Below the pieces are notes generated by a model. It did no database searches, was not told the DNA's origin, and worked only from the letters and a program-made list of their open reading frames with translations. From positions 1 through 38,068 of the forward strand of contig CAZOQQ010000001.1 in NCBI GenBank assembly GCA_964582075.1: a DNA stretch of 38,068 nucleotides, in the 5' to 3' direction. The translations under genes were made by a program, and so were the position numbers. This document shows, in pieces, positions 1-9,053 of the stretch (the stretch's first letter is position 1; every line of letters starts with the position of its first letter). The DNA is from an uncultured bacterium (GTDB lineage Bacteria > Fermentibacterota > Fermentibacteria > Fermentibacterales > JCC-6).

Positions 1-587
1 CAATAACAGGACCTTCCGGTTCGGGTAAAACTACTTTTCTCAATATCCTGGCCGGTCTTGATACTCCTACCGAAGGCAAAGTATGGCTTTCCGGGAAACT
101 GATTTCCGATATGAGCGGAAGCGAACTTTCCGATTTCCGAAGGGACCATATCGGCTTTATTTTCCAGGCTTACAATTTATTCCCGGTGCTTACCGTGGAA
201 GAAAACGTCGAATATGTCATGCTTCTGCAGGGAATCGATCGACGGGAACGTCATGACAGAGTTATGAGCATTCTCGAGAAAGTGGGAATTGCGGAATACG
301 CTTCCAGGCTTCCTCTCCAGCTTTCCGGAGGCCAGCAGCAGAGAGTAGCGGTTGCCAGAGCCGTGGTTTCTCATCCTTCCCTCGTCGTGGCGGATGAACC
401 TACGGCTAACCTGGATTCAAAAACCAGTGGAGGCCTTCTTGATATGATGAGAAAACTGAACGAAGATACCGGAATGACATTCCTGTTTTCAACACATGAT
501 GAGACGGTAATGCGGAGAGCAAGGAAAATCGTTGTTCTGAAGGATGGAAAGCTCGACGGAAACGCTTCGGTGGAAGAGGATACCTGA
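1..587 (+). CDS. ABC transporter ATP-binding protein, LolD/MacB-like (5' end cut by window edge)
   Basis: Frame 3 is open from nt 3. Translation gives Walker A GPSGSGKTT (nt 9-35), Q-loop region FIFQAYNLFP, ABC signature LSGGQQQRVAVARA, Walker B LVVADEPTANLD and H-loop FSTHD. Stop TGA at 585-587. Confidence 0.9.
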   Translation, partial: ITGPSGSGKTTFLNILAGLDTPTEGKVWLSGKLISDMSGSELSDFRRDHIGFIFQAYNLFPVLTVEENVEYVMLLQGIDRRERHDRVMSILEKVGIAEYASRLPLQLSGGQQQRVAVARAVVSHPSLVVADEPTANLDSKTSGGLLDMMRKLNEDTGMTFLFSTHDETVMRRARKIVVLKDGKLDGNASVEEDT

Positions 588-1792
588 TGAAGAGCAGTTT
601 CTCCAGACTGCTGCTGCTTCTTACACTGTTTACCTGGTGGACACTGGCAGAGGCATGGGAAATATCCGGTTCTCTGAAACCTGAATTCTGCCTGACCTGT
701 GAATCCATGTCAGCCTCCTCGGTTCGTTACGTGTTCCGGACCCCTCTCAGACTTATGCTGCGCCAGACGACCCGAAACCTTGAGTTCAATCTTGCCTGGA
801 TTGTAAATCCCACGGCCGGCAATCCCGCCCTTCGCGGAAATGAAGCAGGAAGTGAACAGCGGGGTTTCAGGATCACGGATATCAGGGAAATGATATTCCC
901 ATCCGACTGGAACGGGGATGAGAACTTCAGCGTACTTCAAAACCTGGACAGGCTGAGTATATCGCTGAAAACCCCGGAAGCCGTATTAACGGCCGGAAGA
1001 CAGGCCATATACTGGGGTGTCGCAAAATCCGTCAGTCCTACCGACTTCATTTCACCCTTTCAGTACGGAACGTTGAATACGGAACACAGAACAGGCGTAG
1101 ACGCGCTGAGATCAATCTTCCCCGTGGGAATGATGTCCGAACTGGAAGCGGGGTACATTTTCGGAAAGAACGCGCGTTTCGCGGACAGCGGATACTGGCT
1201 GCGCGGCAGATTCTATCTGTTTCGTACAGACGCCACCATTCTGGGAGCATGCTTCAGGGAAAACCTGATGCTGGGTGGAAGTCTTAATCGCTCTCTTGGC
1301 GCTGGGACAGGATGGCTGGAAATAGCAATTGTATCAACTGACCTTTTCAGCAGTGGCGAAGAATCGGGGAAGGACATGTTCTGGAGCCTTTCAACCGGTT
1401 ACGACCGAAGCTGGATGAATGCGGCTCTTTATGGATATCTCGAATATCACTTCAATTCTCCCGGTTCGGACAGTCCTTCCGATTATCCGGATATAGCCGC
1501 CAGCCCGGCCTGGACTGAAGGCGGAATATACCTTCTTGGAAAACACTACCTGTCTCCCGGACTCTCCTGGGCACTAAGTCCACTTATCAGTCTCAGCGCT
1601 ACCGGTCTTGTGAACCTGACCGATGCGTCAGCTTACATCTCCCTTTCGGGGGAATACAGTTTCCGTGACGACATCGTTTTTAATCTTGGTTACAGTCATG
1701 CTCTTGAGCCCGTAACACCTGAAGATTCATCCCGTACGGAATTCGCTTCCTGGCCGGGTGTATGTCTCATTTCATCAGAATATTACTTCTAG
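587..1792 (+). CDS. Secreted protein, probable outer-membrane beta-barrel, function unknown
   Basis: 401-aa ORF. Its ATG shares one nt with the ABC ATPase stop (TGATG at 585-589), and a GGAAGAGGA RBS lies at 572-580. Signal peptide MKSSFSRLLLLLTLFTWWTLAEA. Gly/Ser/Tyr-rich alternating strands and a terminal ...SSEYYF aromatic residue are typical of OM barrels. No family named with certainty. Confidence 0.55.
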   Translation: MKSSFSRLLLLLTLFTWWTLAEAWEISGSLKPEFCLTCESMSASSVRYVFRTPLRLMLRQTTRNLEFNLAWIVNPTAGNPALRGNEAGSEQRGFRITDIREMIFPSDWNGDENFSVLQNLDRLSISLKTPEAVLTAGRQAIYWGVAKSVSPTDFISPFQYGTLNTEHRTGVDALRSIFPVGMMSELEAGYIFGKNARFADSGYWLRGRFYLFRTDATILGACFRENLMLGGSLNRSLGAGTGWLEIAIVSTDLFSSGEESGKDMFWSLSTGYDRSWMNAALYGYLEYHFNSPGSDSPSDYPDIAASPAWTEGGIYLLGKHYLSPGLSWALSPLISLSATGLVNLTDASAYISLSGEYSFRDDIVFNLGYSHALEPVTPEDSSRTEFASWPGVCLISSEYYF

Positions 1793-1883
1793 CGCCGATG
1801 CGACCCGTTAACATTTCCAACTGAACCTGGCTATTGCACAGTGCCCCTCAGGTTTTTATCTTCTAAGATACTGGAAGGTTTTT

Positions 1884-2807
1884 ATGAAATCAGTCAAAAT
1901 TGTCACAGCTGCAATTATATGTATTGCGTCAGGTTCTGCAGTCGCCGGTTCTCTGCCTTTCTCGCGTCCGGGACTGATTGATATTCCTACAGCTACCATA
2001 ATTCAGCATACTCAAATAGTGCTTGGAGGCTCCTTTACCGCTTTCAGCTACGAAAAGCCGGACAGCACAATGGAAAGCGACTTTGCCCTTGGAGGTCATT
2101 TCGAATTTGGCCTGTTTGACAGAGCCCAGGTTGGAGTAACGTGGCTTGGAGACGCGGGATTATCCGGTAATGTACGGGTACTCGCTTTCAGGGAACGAAT
2201 AAATACTCCCGCAGTAGCTATCGGATGCCAGAACATCACCGGCGAGAAAAACTACGAATTTTTCCGGGATACTGAAGACAGCCTTTACAAATACGAAGAA
2301 TCTCAGAATTTTTCGGTATACCTGGTTCTTACAAAGAATCTTGATCACTTTTCAGGTGTCCCCTTAAGAGTAAACCTCGGTTACGGTATCGGCAGATTCA
2401 TGCAGGGTAAGAATTCGGATTCCGATGGCATAACGAATCCGTTCAGGGGTCTTTTCGGTTCTTTTGACTACAGTCCAACAGATGATTTTTCGATGATGCT
2501 GGAATGGGATGGAAGAGATGCCAATTTCGGTGTTCAGTACGTTCTGAATAACAATTTCCGCTTCAAAGGAGCAGTCGCGGAACTTGAACAGCTTGCTATA
2601 AGCAACAGAAATCCTTCCGATGTCATGCAGAACATCAAATTCAGCCTCGGGCTGGAAATCACAATAGGGCCCTTCTTCAACAGAACAACCCTCGAACCTT
2701 TTGAGGACCTTATCCTCGATAACGACGAAGCACTTCTCCGCAAGCTTGAAGAGATAAGATCGCACGCCAGAGAGAATATCAGTAAAATTGAAAGAACCAT
2801 TCCCTGA
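1884..2807 (+). CDS. Secreted protein, possibly a YjbH/GfcD-like outer-membrane protein with a C-terminal charged helix
   Basis: 307-aa ORF with a GGAAGG RBS 5 nt upstream of the ATG. Signal peptide MKSVKIVTAAIICIASGSAVAGS. The GLIDIPTA motif just after the signal resembles YjbH-family N-termini (by eye only). The C-terminal DNDEALLRKLEEIRSHARENISKIE looks like a coiled coil. Confidence 0.45.
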   Translation: MKSVKIVTAAIICIASGSAVAGSLPFSRPGLIDIPTATIIQHTQIVLGGSFTAFSYEKPDSTMESDFALGGHFEFGLFDRAQVGVTWLGDAGLSGNVRVLAFRERINTPAVAIGCQNITGEKNYEFFRDTEDSLYKYEESQNFSVYLVLTKNLDHFSGVPLRVNLGYGIGRFMQGKNSDSDGITNPFRGLFGSFDYSPTDDFSMMLEWDGRDANFGVQYVLNNNFRFKGAVAELEQLAISNRNPSDVMQNIKFSLGLEITIGPFFNRTTLEPFEDLILDNDEALLRKLEEIRSHARENISKIERTIP

Positions 2808-3018
2808 GACTCCCAATTCCATGAATTATCACCGTACGCCGTTAAAGCCACCTGCGGACAGATAATATACACGAACCAAACGGGAATTTATCTTACCTCA
2901 ACATGAGTAACCGTTCGGGACAGACTTGTTCTTCGGTAAGTCCTGTCATAGATTAAAATAGAGGGACTGTTCTATTCAATACCGGAAGAACACGATCTTG
3001 TGAAAGGGGTATGGTTAA

Positions 3019-3642
3019 ATGAATATTCAAAACCTTATAGTAATCTCCCTACTGCTAATGACCAATATAGTGAAAGCTGAAACCGTTCTTATTAACCCGA
3101 CTGATGATAGCTATGTTGTTGGTCCTAACCCTGATATCAACCATGGAGATTCAAACACGTTATCCACCGGTTTAATGGTCGGCGGTCAGTTACTTACACT
3201 TATTAAGTTCGACCTTTCACCCTATTCCGGAGTTACGATTAACAGCGCCGTGCTTAATTTGTATGTTTACAATATTCTCCCGCCACTGGCTGGATTTTCT
3301 ATTGCCAGGAACGAGCACAACTGGGACGAGAGCAGCGTTACTTACAACAATATGCCCGGCATAGACGATTATTACAGTATCGTAGAACCGGATCCACAGG
3401 AGTGGTGGGAGATTGATGTTACAAATTGGGTTCGGGATGTTGCCAGCGGGGCTCATTACAATTACGGCTGGCGATTGACTGGAAACAATTACGAATACCA
3501 TAAGGTCTTTGCCTGCTCGAAGGAGTACTCAAATTCAAGTCTTTGGCCGTATCTGGAAATAGATTACGCGCCTTCCTTTCTGGAATCCACGACTTTCGGT
3601 GAGATAAAAGCCATGTTTCAAACGATCCACACAGATTCGTAA
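3019..3642 (+). CDS. Small secreted DNRLRE (CBM96-like) domain protein
   Basis: 207 aa with signal peptide MNIQNLIVISLLLMTNIVKA. Domain hallmarks: DDSYV...GDSNTL, LIKFDLS, INSAVLNLYVY, WDESSVTYNNMPG, WWEIDVTNWV. AAAGGGG RBS upstream. Confidence 0.6.
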   Translation: MNIQNLIVISLLLMTNIVKAETVLINPTDDSYVVGPNPDINHGDSNTLSTGLMVGGQLLTLIKFDLSPYSGVTINSAVLNLYVYNILPPLAGFSIARNEHNWDESSVTYNNMPGIDDYYSIVEPDPQEWWEIDVTNWVRDVASGAHYNYGWRLTGNNYEYHKVFACSKEYSNSSLWPYLEIDYAPSFLESTTFGEIKAMFQTIHTDS

Positions 3643-3721
3643 ACTCCGGTTCTTTTCCTCAGAATCGTTTCATGTTCGCGGGAAAACGGAACATAAAGAA
3701 AAAACCGTGGTGAATATGTTT

Positions 3722-4264
3722 TTAATATGTTTCAGCACTTCTGTTGAAAAAATCACCTGCCCACTGGAAATCACAACCGGCATTCAGTGCTGTCAACCTG
3801 TCGGCATCACGGTCACCCACAAAAAGAACGCGATCGGGAGATACCTTGTACAGCCTCATAATACGGTTAAGCATTGCCGGTTCAGGTTTTCGGCAATCAC
3901 TGTCTTCATGCGGAACATGCGTGCACATCTCGACGGTTCCCCCGGCCGGATCGAACCCGAACGCTTCCCTGAAGGTATCCTTAAGAAGAGCCATCGCTGT
4001 ACTCTCGGAAAAGTATCCCGCGTCAACACCTCCCTGGTTGCTTGCAATTCCGTACCCTACACCTGATTTTTCCCCGGGGTGCATCCATTTGAACCGTTCG
4101 AGGGTTTTCACAACATCGGGATACAGTTTCCACTCGCCGGATCGGTTGGGACATGGCTGCCCCTGAACCGTACAGTACCTCAGTGTTCCATCGGCATCGA
4201 AAATTATCAGCTGATAATTCATTTTCACGAATCGATCCGGACAATTAAGCTCGTCATGTGTCAT
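3722..4264 (-). CDS. HAD-IIIA family phosphatase (GmhB / histidinol-phosphatase-like)
   Basis: Motif I FDADGTL, motif II IASNQGG, CRKPEPAML and motif IV FVGDRDADRL. The ATG at 4264 overlaps the RND stop (ATGA, 4261-4264). The alternative start at 4222 (MNYQLIIFDADGTL) is equally plausible. Confidence 0.7.
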   Translation of the reverse strand: MTHDELNCPDRFVKMNYQLIIFDADGTLRYCTVQGQPCPNRSGEWKLYPDVVKTLERFKWMHPGEKSGVGYGIASNQGGVDAGYFSESTAMALLKDTFREAFGFDPAGGTVEMCTHVPHEDSDCRKPEPAMLNRIMRLYKVSPDRVLFVGDRDADRLTALNAGCDFQWAGDFFNRSAETY

Positions 4265-7200
4265 ACTCCCTTATGCCATCTGTCTAGTTTCACGTACAGG
4301 CAGGGCAGGACGATCAGGGTCAGAAGTGTAGCCACCGTAAGGCCTCCTGCTACGGTTCTCGCCATTGGAGCCCACATTACCGAGCTTTCCGTGGCTCCCA
4401 GCGCGAGCGGCATAAGCGCAAGAATCGTTGTTATAGCGGTCATCAGAATGGGACGCAGTCGTTTTCTTCCCGCTGCAACTATGGCCTCCCTTGAAGATAA
4501 ACCCTCTTTCCTTCTCAGCTGGTTCGCGTAGTCAACGAATACTATTCCATTGTTAACGACTATTCCGGCAAGCATAAGCAGACCGACAAGTGAGGTTAGC
4601 CCCATGGTGGTTCCCGTAAGAAGCAGCGTCCAAATAACTCCTATAAGAGCAAGCGGGACTTCAACGATAATAATGAAAGGCTCGAGGAGTGATTCGAACT
4701 GTGAAGCCATTACCATGTAAACAAGAATAATCGCAACACCGATGGCCAGAGCCATGCTTCCGAATGCTTCTCCACGATCCTTAATATCACCCGTTATTTC
4801 GTACCTCAGGCCGCCGATATTGAGTGTATCCATCATCGTTTCAACATCCCCGGCAACTTCGCCAAGGGATTTGCCGTCAATCCTGCATGTAACCTCAACG
4901 GTTCTCGTTCTGTTCCTTCTTCCGATTTCCTCGGGAACCAGCCTGCCGTGGAAACTGCCCCACGCATCCAGGGGCATACCGAAAGCGATCAGCCCGGCCA
5001 CGGCCTCGCGGCTCGATCTTTCATCAGCGGAGTAACGAATGTTAACATCGTATTCCCGGTTATTTTCCGTATAAGTGGCAGCATTCAGCCCGAGGATTCC
5101 AGTCGTGACTTCGGCACCGATTGCAGCCGGGGATTGTCCCATAAGAAAGAGAACGTCCTCGTCCGGTACGAAATCAATTTGTATACGCTGATTCTCTAGG
5201 GAGGAGGATATGTCCACGGCTCCCGGAATATGGCCCATCTCCGATTTGACCAGTTCACCGATACTTCGAAGATTCGCAAGATCCGTTCCGTAAATCACAA
5301 TCCCGACAGGAAACTCATTACCAATAGGTACTCCGCTGGTAAGACTGTACTCCATGCCCGGTTCCTCATCCAGCAGATCGCGAATGGCCGCCTCGTAATA
5401 CTCAATGCTCCGTGACCGTTCCCTCTCTTTAACGAAATATAGATTTATCTCTCCGCTGGCCGAGGATGATGACCCGAAGAGCGCTCCGATTCCCTTTCTT
5501 TTCCCTATATTCATATAGGAATCTGCCAGATCACCGGGCTGCATGATTTCGAGAATTCTTCTTTCCACAGCCACGAACACACTGTCAGTGTATTCAAGAC
5601 CGGTACCGGGAGCAAGGCTTATATTGATATCGATAACACCTTCCTTTGGTTCGGGGAGGTATGTTTTCGGGATAAACCTGAACATGAAAAGAGAGACGAG
5701 GAAAAGCAGAACGAGCGGAATAAAAACAAATCTGGATTTACCCGTGAACCTGTATACCGCTACGGAATACCATTCTTCAAGCCTGTCAAGCCATCTCTGT
5801 ATCCTGTTCGACAGCGAACGCCCCGAGTGTGCTATTATCAGGTTCTTCGATCTTGAGGCGAAAATCGGAATGAGGGATTGTGAAACGAACAGGGAAATGA
5901 AAAGGGCGACTGCGACCGTAAGGCTCAGGTCTCTGAATATCTGTCCTGTCATCCCCGGGACAAAAAGCATTGGTATGAACACCGCAACAGTTGTAAGAGT
6001 TGACGCTGATACGGCCATGCCAACCTGCGATGCCCCGTGAACAGCCGCTATACCCCGTTCTTCACCCTCGCGGCGCCACCTGTGAATGTTCTCCAGAACC
6101 ACCACCGAGTTGTCTACAATCATACCGACGGATATGCTCAGACCGGCCAGTGACATGATGTTAAGACTGATCCCCATAAGGTACATCACCGCGAATGAAG
6201 CGACAAACGAAAGGGGCATCGAAAGACTGACTATTCCCGCATTGGATATCGAACCAAGGAAAAATGTGAGTACCGCAGCGGCAAGAATTATCGCCTGCAG
6301 GGCGGTCCACATCAGATCTCTGATAGATCCTGTTATAAAACTCTGCTGATTGTAAATTATTTCGGTTTCCATGGTTCCCGCGTATTCCCTGGAAAGTCCC
6401 TCAATCGCGGATTTGAGCCTCCGGCATGTATTAACCGTATTCGCATCCGAATTCTTCCTGAAAACAAGCAGTATAGCGTTACTCCCGTTAAGATGCGTAT
6501 AATCCGTAGGCTCTGCGAAAGTATCAATTACGTCTGCGACTTCCTCAAGACTGACGGGTTTACCATCATGTACTCCTATCACAAGTTTCCTGATACTGTT
6601 GAGATCGTCGAATCCTGATTTTACACTTATGGCGAATTCCATGCCGCCATTTTCGATATCACCGCCTGGCATATCCCCTCCCACTGCCGCAAGTGAACCG
6701 CAGACCTGAGAAATGGGAATCCCGGTTTCAGCAAGCAGGACAGGGTCAACCTCAATATTTATCTGCCTGTCCAGCCCGCCTACGATATCAACGGAGGCAA
6801 CTCCCTCCACCCTGCTGAGCCGCGGAGATATTTCTTCATCAACCAGGCTTCTGAGCCGCGTTCCATTCATCATATCACTTCTGAAAGCTACCATAACAAG
6901 AGGTTTCATACTGGATTCCAGTGCCATTATGACAGGATCACCCGAAGCATCCGGCAGCTGGCTTTTCACTCTGTCTACAGCATCCCTCACATCAACTTCC
7001 ACCTGGTCAATATCGGCACTGTTATTCAAATCAAGCGAAACGATACTGACGCCGCTTTTCGAAGATGAAACAACAGTTTCGACACCTTCAACACGCGATA
7101 CGGCATCTTCAACAACCCGGGTGATAAGCCCTTCCACTTCCGAAGGTCCCGCTCCCGGAAGTATGGTAACTATGGCTATCCGCCCCAGATCCACTTTGGG

Positions 7201-7311
7201 GAAGTAATCAATGCCAAGCCTGGTAATCGCAAAAAGACCCGCCCCGCCCAGAAGGATAAAGATCATCATGAAGGTTGTTTTTCTTTTTACCGCCAGTCCC
7301 GGAAGGCTCAT
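4261..7311 (-). CDS. RND efflux transporter permease (AcrB/HAE1-like)
   Basis: 1016 aa with the typical 12-TM, two-large-loop layout. Conserved TM4/TM10-type blocks VGMIVDNSVVVLENI and AGIVVNNGIVFVDY. Start overlaps the MFP stop (ATGA at 7308-7311). Confidence 0.92.
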   Translation of the reverse strand: MSLPGLAVKRKTTFMMIFILLGGAGLFAITRLGIDYFPKVDLGRIAIVTILPGAGPSEVEGLITRVVEDAVSRVEGVETVVSSSKSGVSIVSLDLNNSADIDQVEVDVRDAVDRVKSQLPDASGDPVIMALESSMKPLVMVAFRSDMMNGTRLRSLVDEEISPRLSRVEGVASVDIVGGLDRQINIEVDPVLLAETGIPISQVCGSLAAVGGDMPGGDIENGGMEFAISVKSGFDDLNSIRKLVIGVHDGKPVSLEEVADVIDTFAEPTDYTHLNGSNAILLVFRKNSDANTVNTCRRLKSAIEGLSREYAGTMETEIIYNQQSFITGSIRDLMWTALQAIILAAAVLTFFLGSISNAGIVSLSMPLSFVASFAVMYLMGISLNIMSLAGLSISVGMIVDNSVVVLENIHRWRREGEERGIAAVHGASQVGMAVSASTLTTVAVFIPMLFVPGMTGQIFRDLSLTVAVALFISLFVSQSLIPIFASRSKNLIIAHSGRSLSNRIQRWLDRLEEWYSVAVYRFTGKSRFVFIPLVLLFLVSLFMFRFIPKTYLPEPKEGVIDINISLAPGTGLEYTDSVFVAVERRILEIMQPGDLADSYMNIGKRKGIGALFGSSSSASGEINLYFVKERERSRSIEYYEAAIRDLLDEEPGMEYSLTSGVPIGNEFPVGIVIYGTDLANLRSIGELVKSEMGHIPGAVDISSSLENQRIQIDFVPDEDVLFLMGQSPAAIGAEVTTGILGLNAATYTENNREYDVNIRYSADERSSREAVAGLIAFGMPLDAWGSFHGRLVPEEIGRRNRTRTVEVTCRIDGKSLGEVAGDVETMMDTLNIGGLRYEITGDIKDRGEAFGSMALAIGVAIILVYMVMASQFESLLEPFIIIVEVPLALIGVIWTLLLTGTTMGLTSLVGLLMLAGIVVNNGIVFVDYANQLRRKEGLSSREAIVAAGRKRLRPILMTAITTILALMPLALGATESSVMWAPMARTVAGGLTVATLLTLIVLPCLYVKLDRWHKGV

Positions 7312-8369
7312 CTTACTACAACCCTTACATGTGAACCGTTGTCAACAATGCTGTTGCCAAGGAATATCACCGAATCTCCGGGTTCAACACCCGATGTTAT
7401 TTCAAAATCCGTTCCGTTCACTATCCCTGTCTCAACTGGCACGATTACAGCGGTATTATTCCTGATAAGCGCCGCTTCCCAGGAAGATTCGTTCGGGTGA
7501 AGCAACGCTCTAAGGGGAAGAACAACGGTATTCTCCCTGGTTTCAAGTTCCAGCATGGCATTGCCTGTCATTCCCGAACGAAGCCTGCCCGAATCATCGT
7601 GTAACTGAACAATAACGGAAACAAGCCCTGATACCCGGTCTACAGAGGATGAGAATGACCTTACCTCACCCCCGAAAAATTCGCCGGGATAGTGAGCCGT
7701 GGTGAAGATTACGGACAGACCTTCCGCCAGGTATTGAAGATGTCTGTCTGCAATCAGCAGTTCGGCCTCCATGATACCGTTGCCCGAAAGCGAAACCAGG
7801 GGACCGGAGGATACATTTCCCTCCTTCGCCCAGACTCTTGTGACGGTTCCATCGAAAGGAGCTACTACTTTTCCGCTTTCCGCCATGCCCGTTGAACCGA
7901 GGTAACCGGCAAGAGCCTGTTTCACGCCGGCTTCGGAAGCCGCTGACCGGGATACGGCCATTTCGTATTCACTTTCGCTTATGGCTCCTTCCGCCACAAG
8001 TCTTTCGGCTCTGCGGAGATTATTCCCGGCATTGGATGCCTCAGTTCGGGCAGCCGACAGTCTCGCTGATGAAGCTGATACGGCACCACTGTACTGCTGG
8101 TCCGATGACAGCTCTACAAGAATATCCCCCGCGAGAACTTCATCACCCTCGTGAACGGCGACCTTAAGAATTCTACCCGGGTTCAAAGCGGTAATGACCG
8201 ATTCGCTGCCGGATTCAAGCCTGCAGGCGGCTACAACACAGGAACTTATAACCCCGGTCTCGGCAACAGCAGCCGTAACCGGAATAGCTTTTTCCGAATA
8301 CTCCTCCGGCGCAGCGCAGGACATCAGCACTGTCAGCAGCGGTAATAAGACGTGAGCCGTTCTTTTCAC
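7308..8369 (-). CDS. RND efflux periplasmic adaptor (membrane fusion protein), lipoprotein
   Basis: 353 aa. GTG start overlaps the TetR stop (GTGA at 8366-8369). Lipobox LMSC at Cys18. Lipoyl-like GDEVLAGDILVEL, a coiled-coil hairpin (ARLSAARTEA...LRRAERLVAEGAISESEYE) and a beta-barrel C-terminal half. Confidence 0.85.
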   Translation of the reverse strand: MKRTAHVLLPLLTVLMSCAAPEEYSEKAIPVTAAVAETGVISSCVVAACRLESGSESVITALNPGRILKVAVHEGDEVLAGDILVELSSDQQYSGAVSASSARLSAARTEASNAGNNLRRAERLVAEGAISESEYEMAVSRSAASEAGVKQALAGYLGSTGMAESGKVVAPFDGTVTRVWAKEGNVSSGPLVSLSGNGIMEAELLIADRHLQYLAEGLSVIFTTAHYPGEFFGGEVRSFSSSVDRVSGLVSVIVQLHDDSGRLRSGMTGNAMLELETRENTVVLPLRALLHPNESSWEAALIRNNTAVIVPVETGIVNGTDFEITSGVEPGDSVIFLGNSIVDNGSHVRVVVR

Positions 8370-9001
8370 GATTTTACAGCCATTCCGTCGAGCAGAATCT
8401 TTCCGGCGGCATCGATGTATTTTTCGCTCATCTCCTCTTTGCTCATGTCCTCACCGAGCCATGCCGATATTCTGTCCCGTGACATGAACCACATTTCGCA
8501 GATTGCCATGAATGTCACAACGAACATCCTGGGGTCAATGTCATTCCGGAAAATCCCTTTCTTCTGGAGTATTCCAAGCTTCCGTATAACTTCCTCTCTC
8601 ATTTCCAGTGGCGCGTCCTGCGGAAATACGCGTTCGGCGTTAAGCCACGCGAGCATACGCACGAACTGCTGGTTATCCCTCAAGAATTCAAAATACGTTG
8701 TGTGTTTCTTCTCTTTTCTTATCGCTTCCAGTCCATCGGAGACAATTGAAGAAACTGTCTCAACCATCTTCTCCGGAAGGCGAGCCTGGGATACCCTCCT
8801 GTGAATGACTTCATCCCATAGATCCCGTTTGGAATCGAAGTAGTGATACAACAGGCTTTTGGCAACGTGAGCGGTTGCCGCTATGCTTTTCATCGAGGAA
8901 CCTGAAAAACCCCTGCTTACGAAAATCGTTTCGGCCGCGTCCAGTATTTTATCCCTGGTGTTCATAAGTTGCCGCCTTTCCCTGACTGACCGTTCGGTCA
9001 A
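8366..9001 (-). CDS. TetR/AcrR family transcriptional regulator
   Basis: N-terminal HTH ILDAAETIFVSRGFSGSSMKSIAATAHVAKSLLYHYFDSKRDLW. It is the first gene of the efflux operon. An internal start at 8965 (MNTRDKIL) is possible. Confidence 0.88.
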   Translation of the reverse strand: MTERSVRERRQLMNTRDKILDAAETIFVSRGFSGSSMKSIAATAHVAKSLLYHYFDSKRDLWDEVIHRRVSQARLPEKMVETVSSIVSDGLEAIRKEKKHTTYFEFLRDNQQFVRMLAWLNAERVFPQDAPLEMREEVIRKLGILQKKGIFRNDIDPRMFVVTFMAICEMWFMSRDRISAWLGEDMSKEEMSEKYIDAAGKILLDGMAVKS

Positions 9002-9053
9002 TGATATTCAATAATAGTCTCAGCGGCAAGCTTCCGGGTAAGTACAGTTCTGT

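Noticed and set aside
2918-2947. 9-bp bulged hairpin (GGACAGACTT...AAGTCCTGTC) downstream of gene 1884-2807
   Set aside because: No U-tract follows, so it is not a canonical intrinsic terminator. It could be a 5'-UTR structure of the DNRLRE gene, but nothing supports a specific function.
7308-7330. Shared ...VVR C-terminal ending of the MFP (VRVVVR) and both propellers (K[LI]AVVR)
   Set aside because: The MFP has no other similarity to the propeller tails. A three-residue coincidence is not evidence of a common sorting signal.
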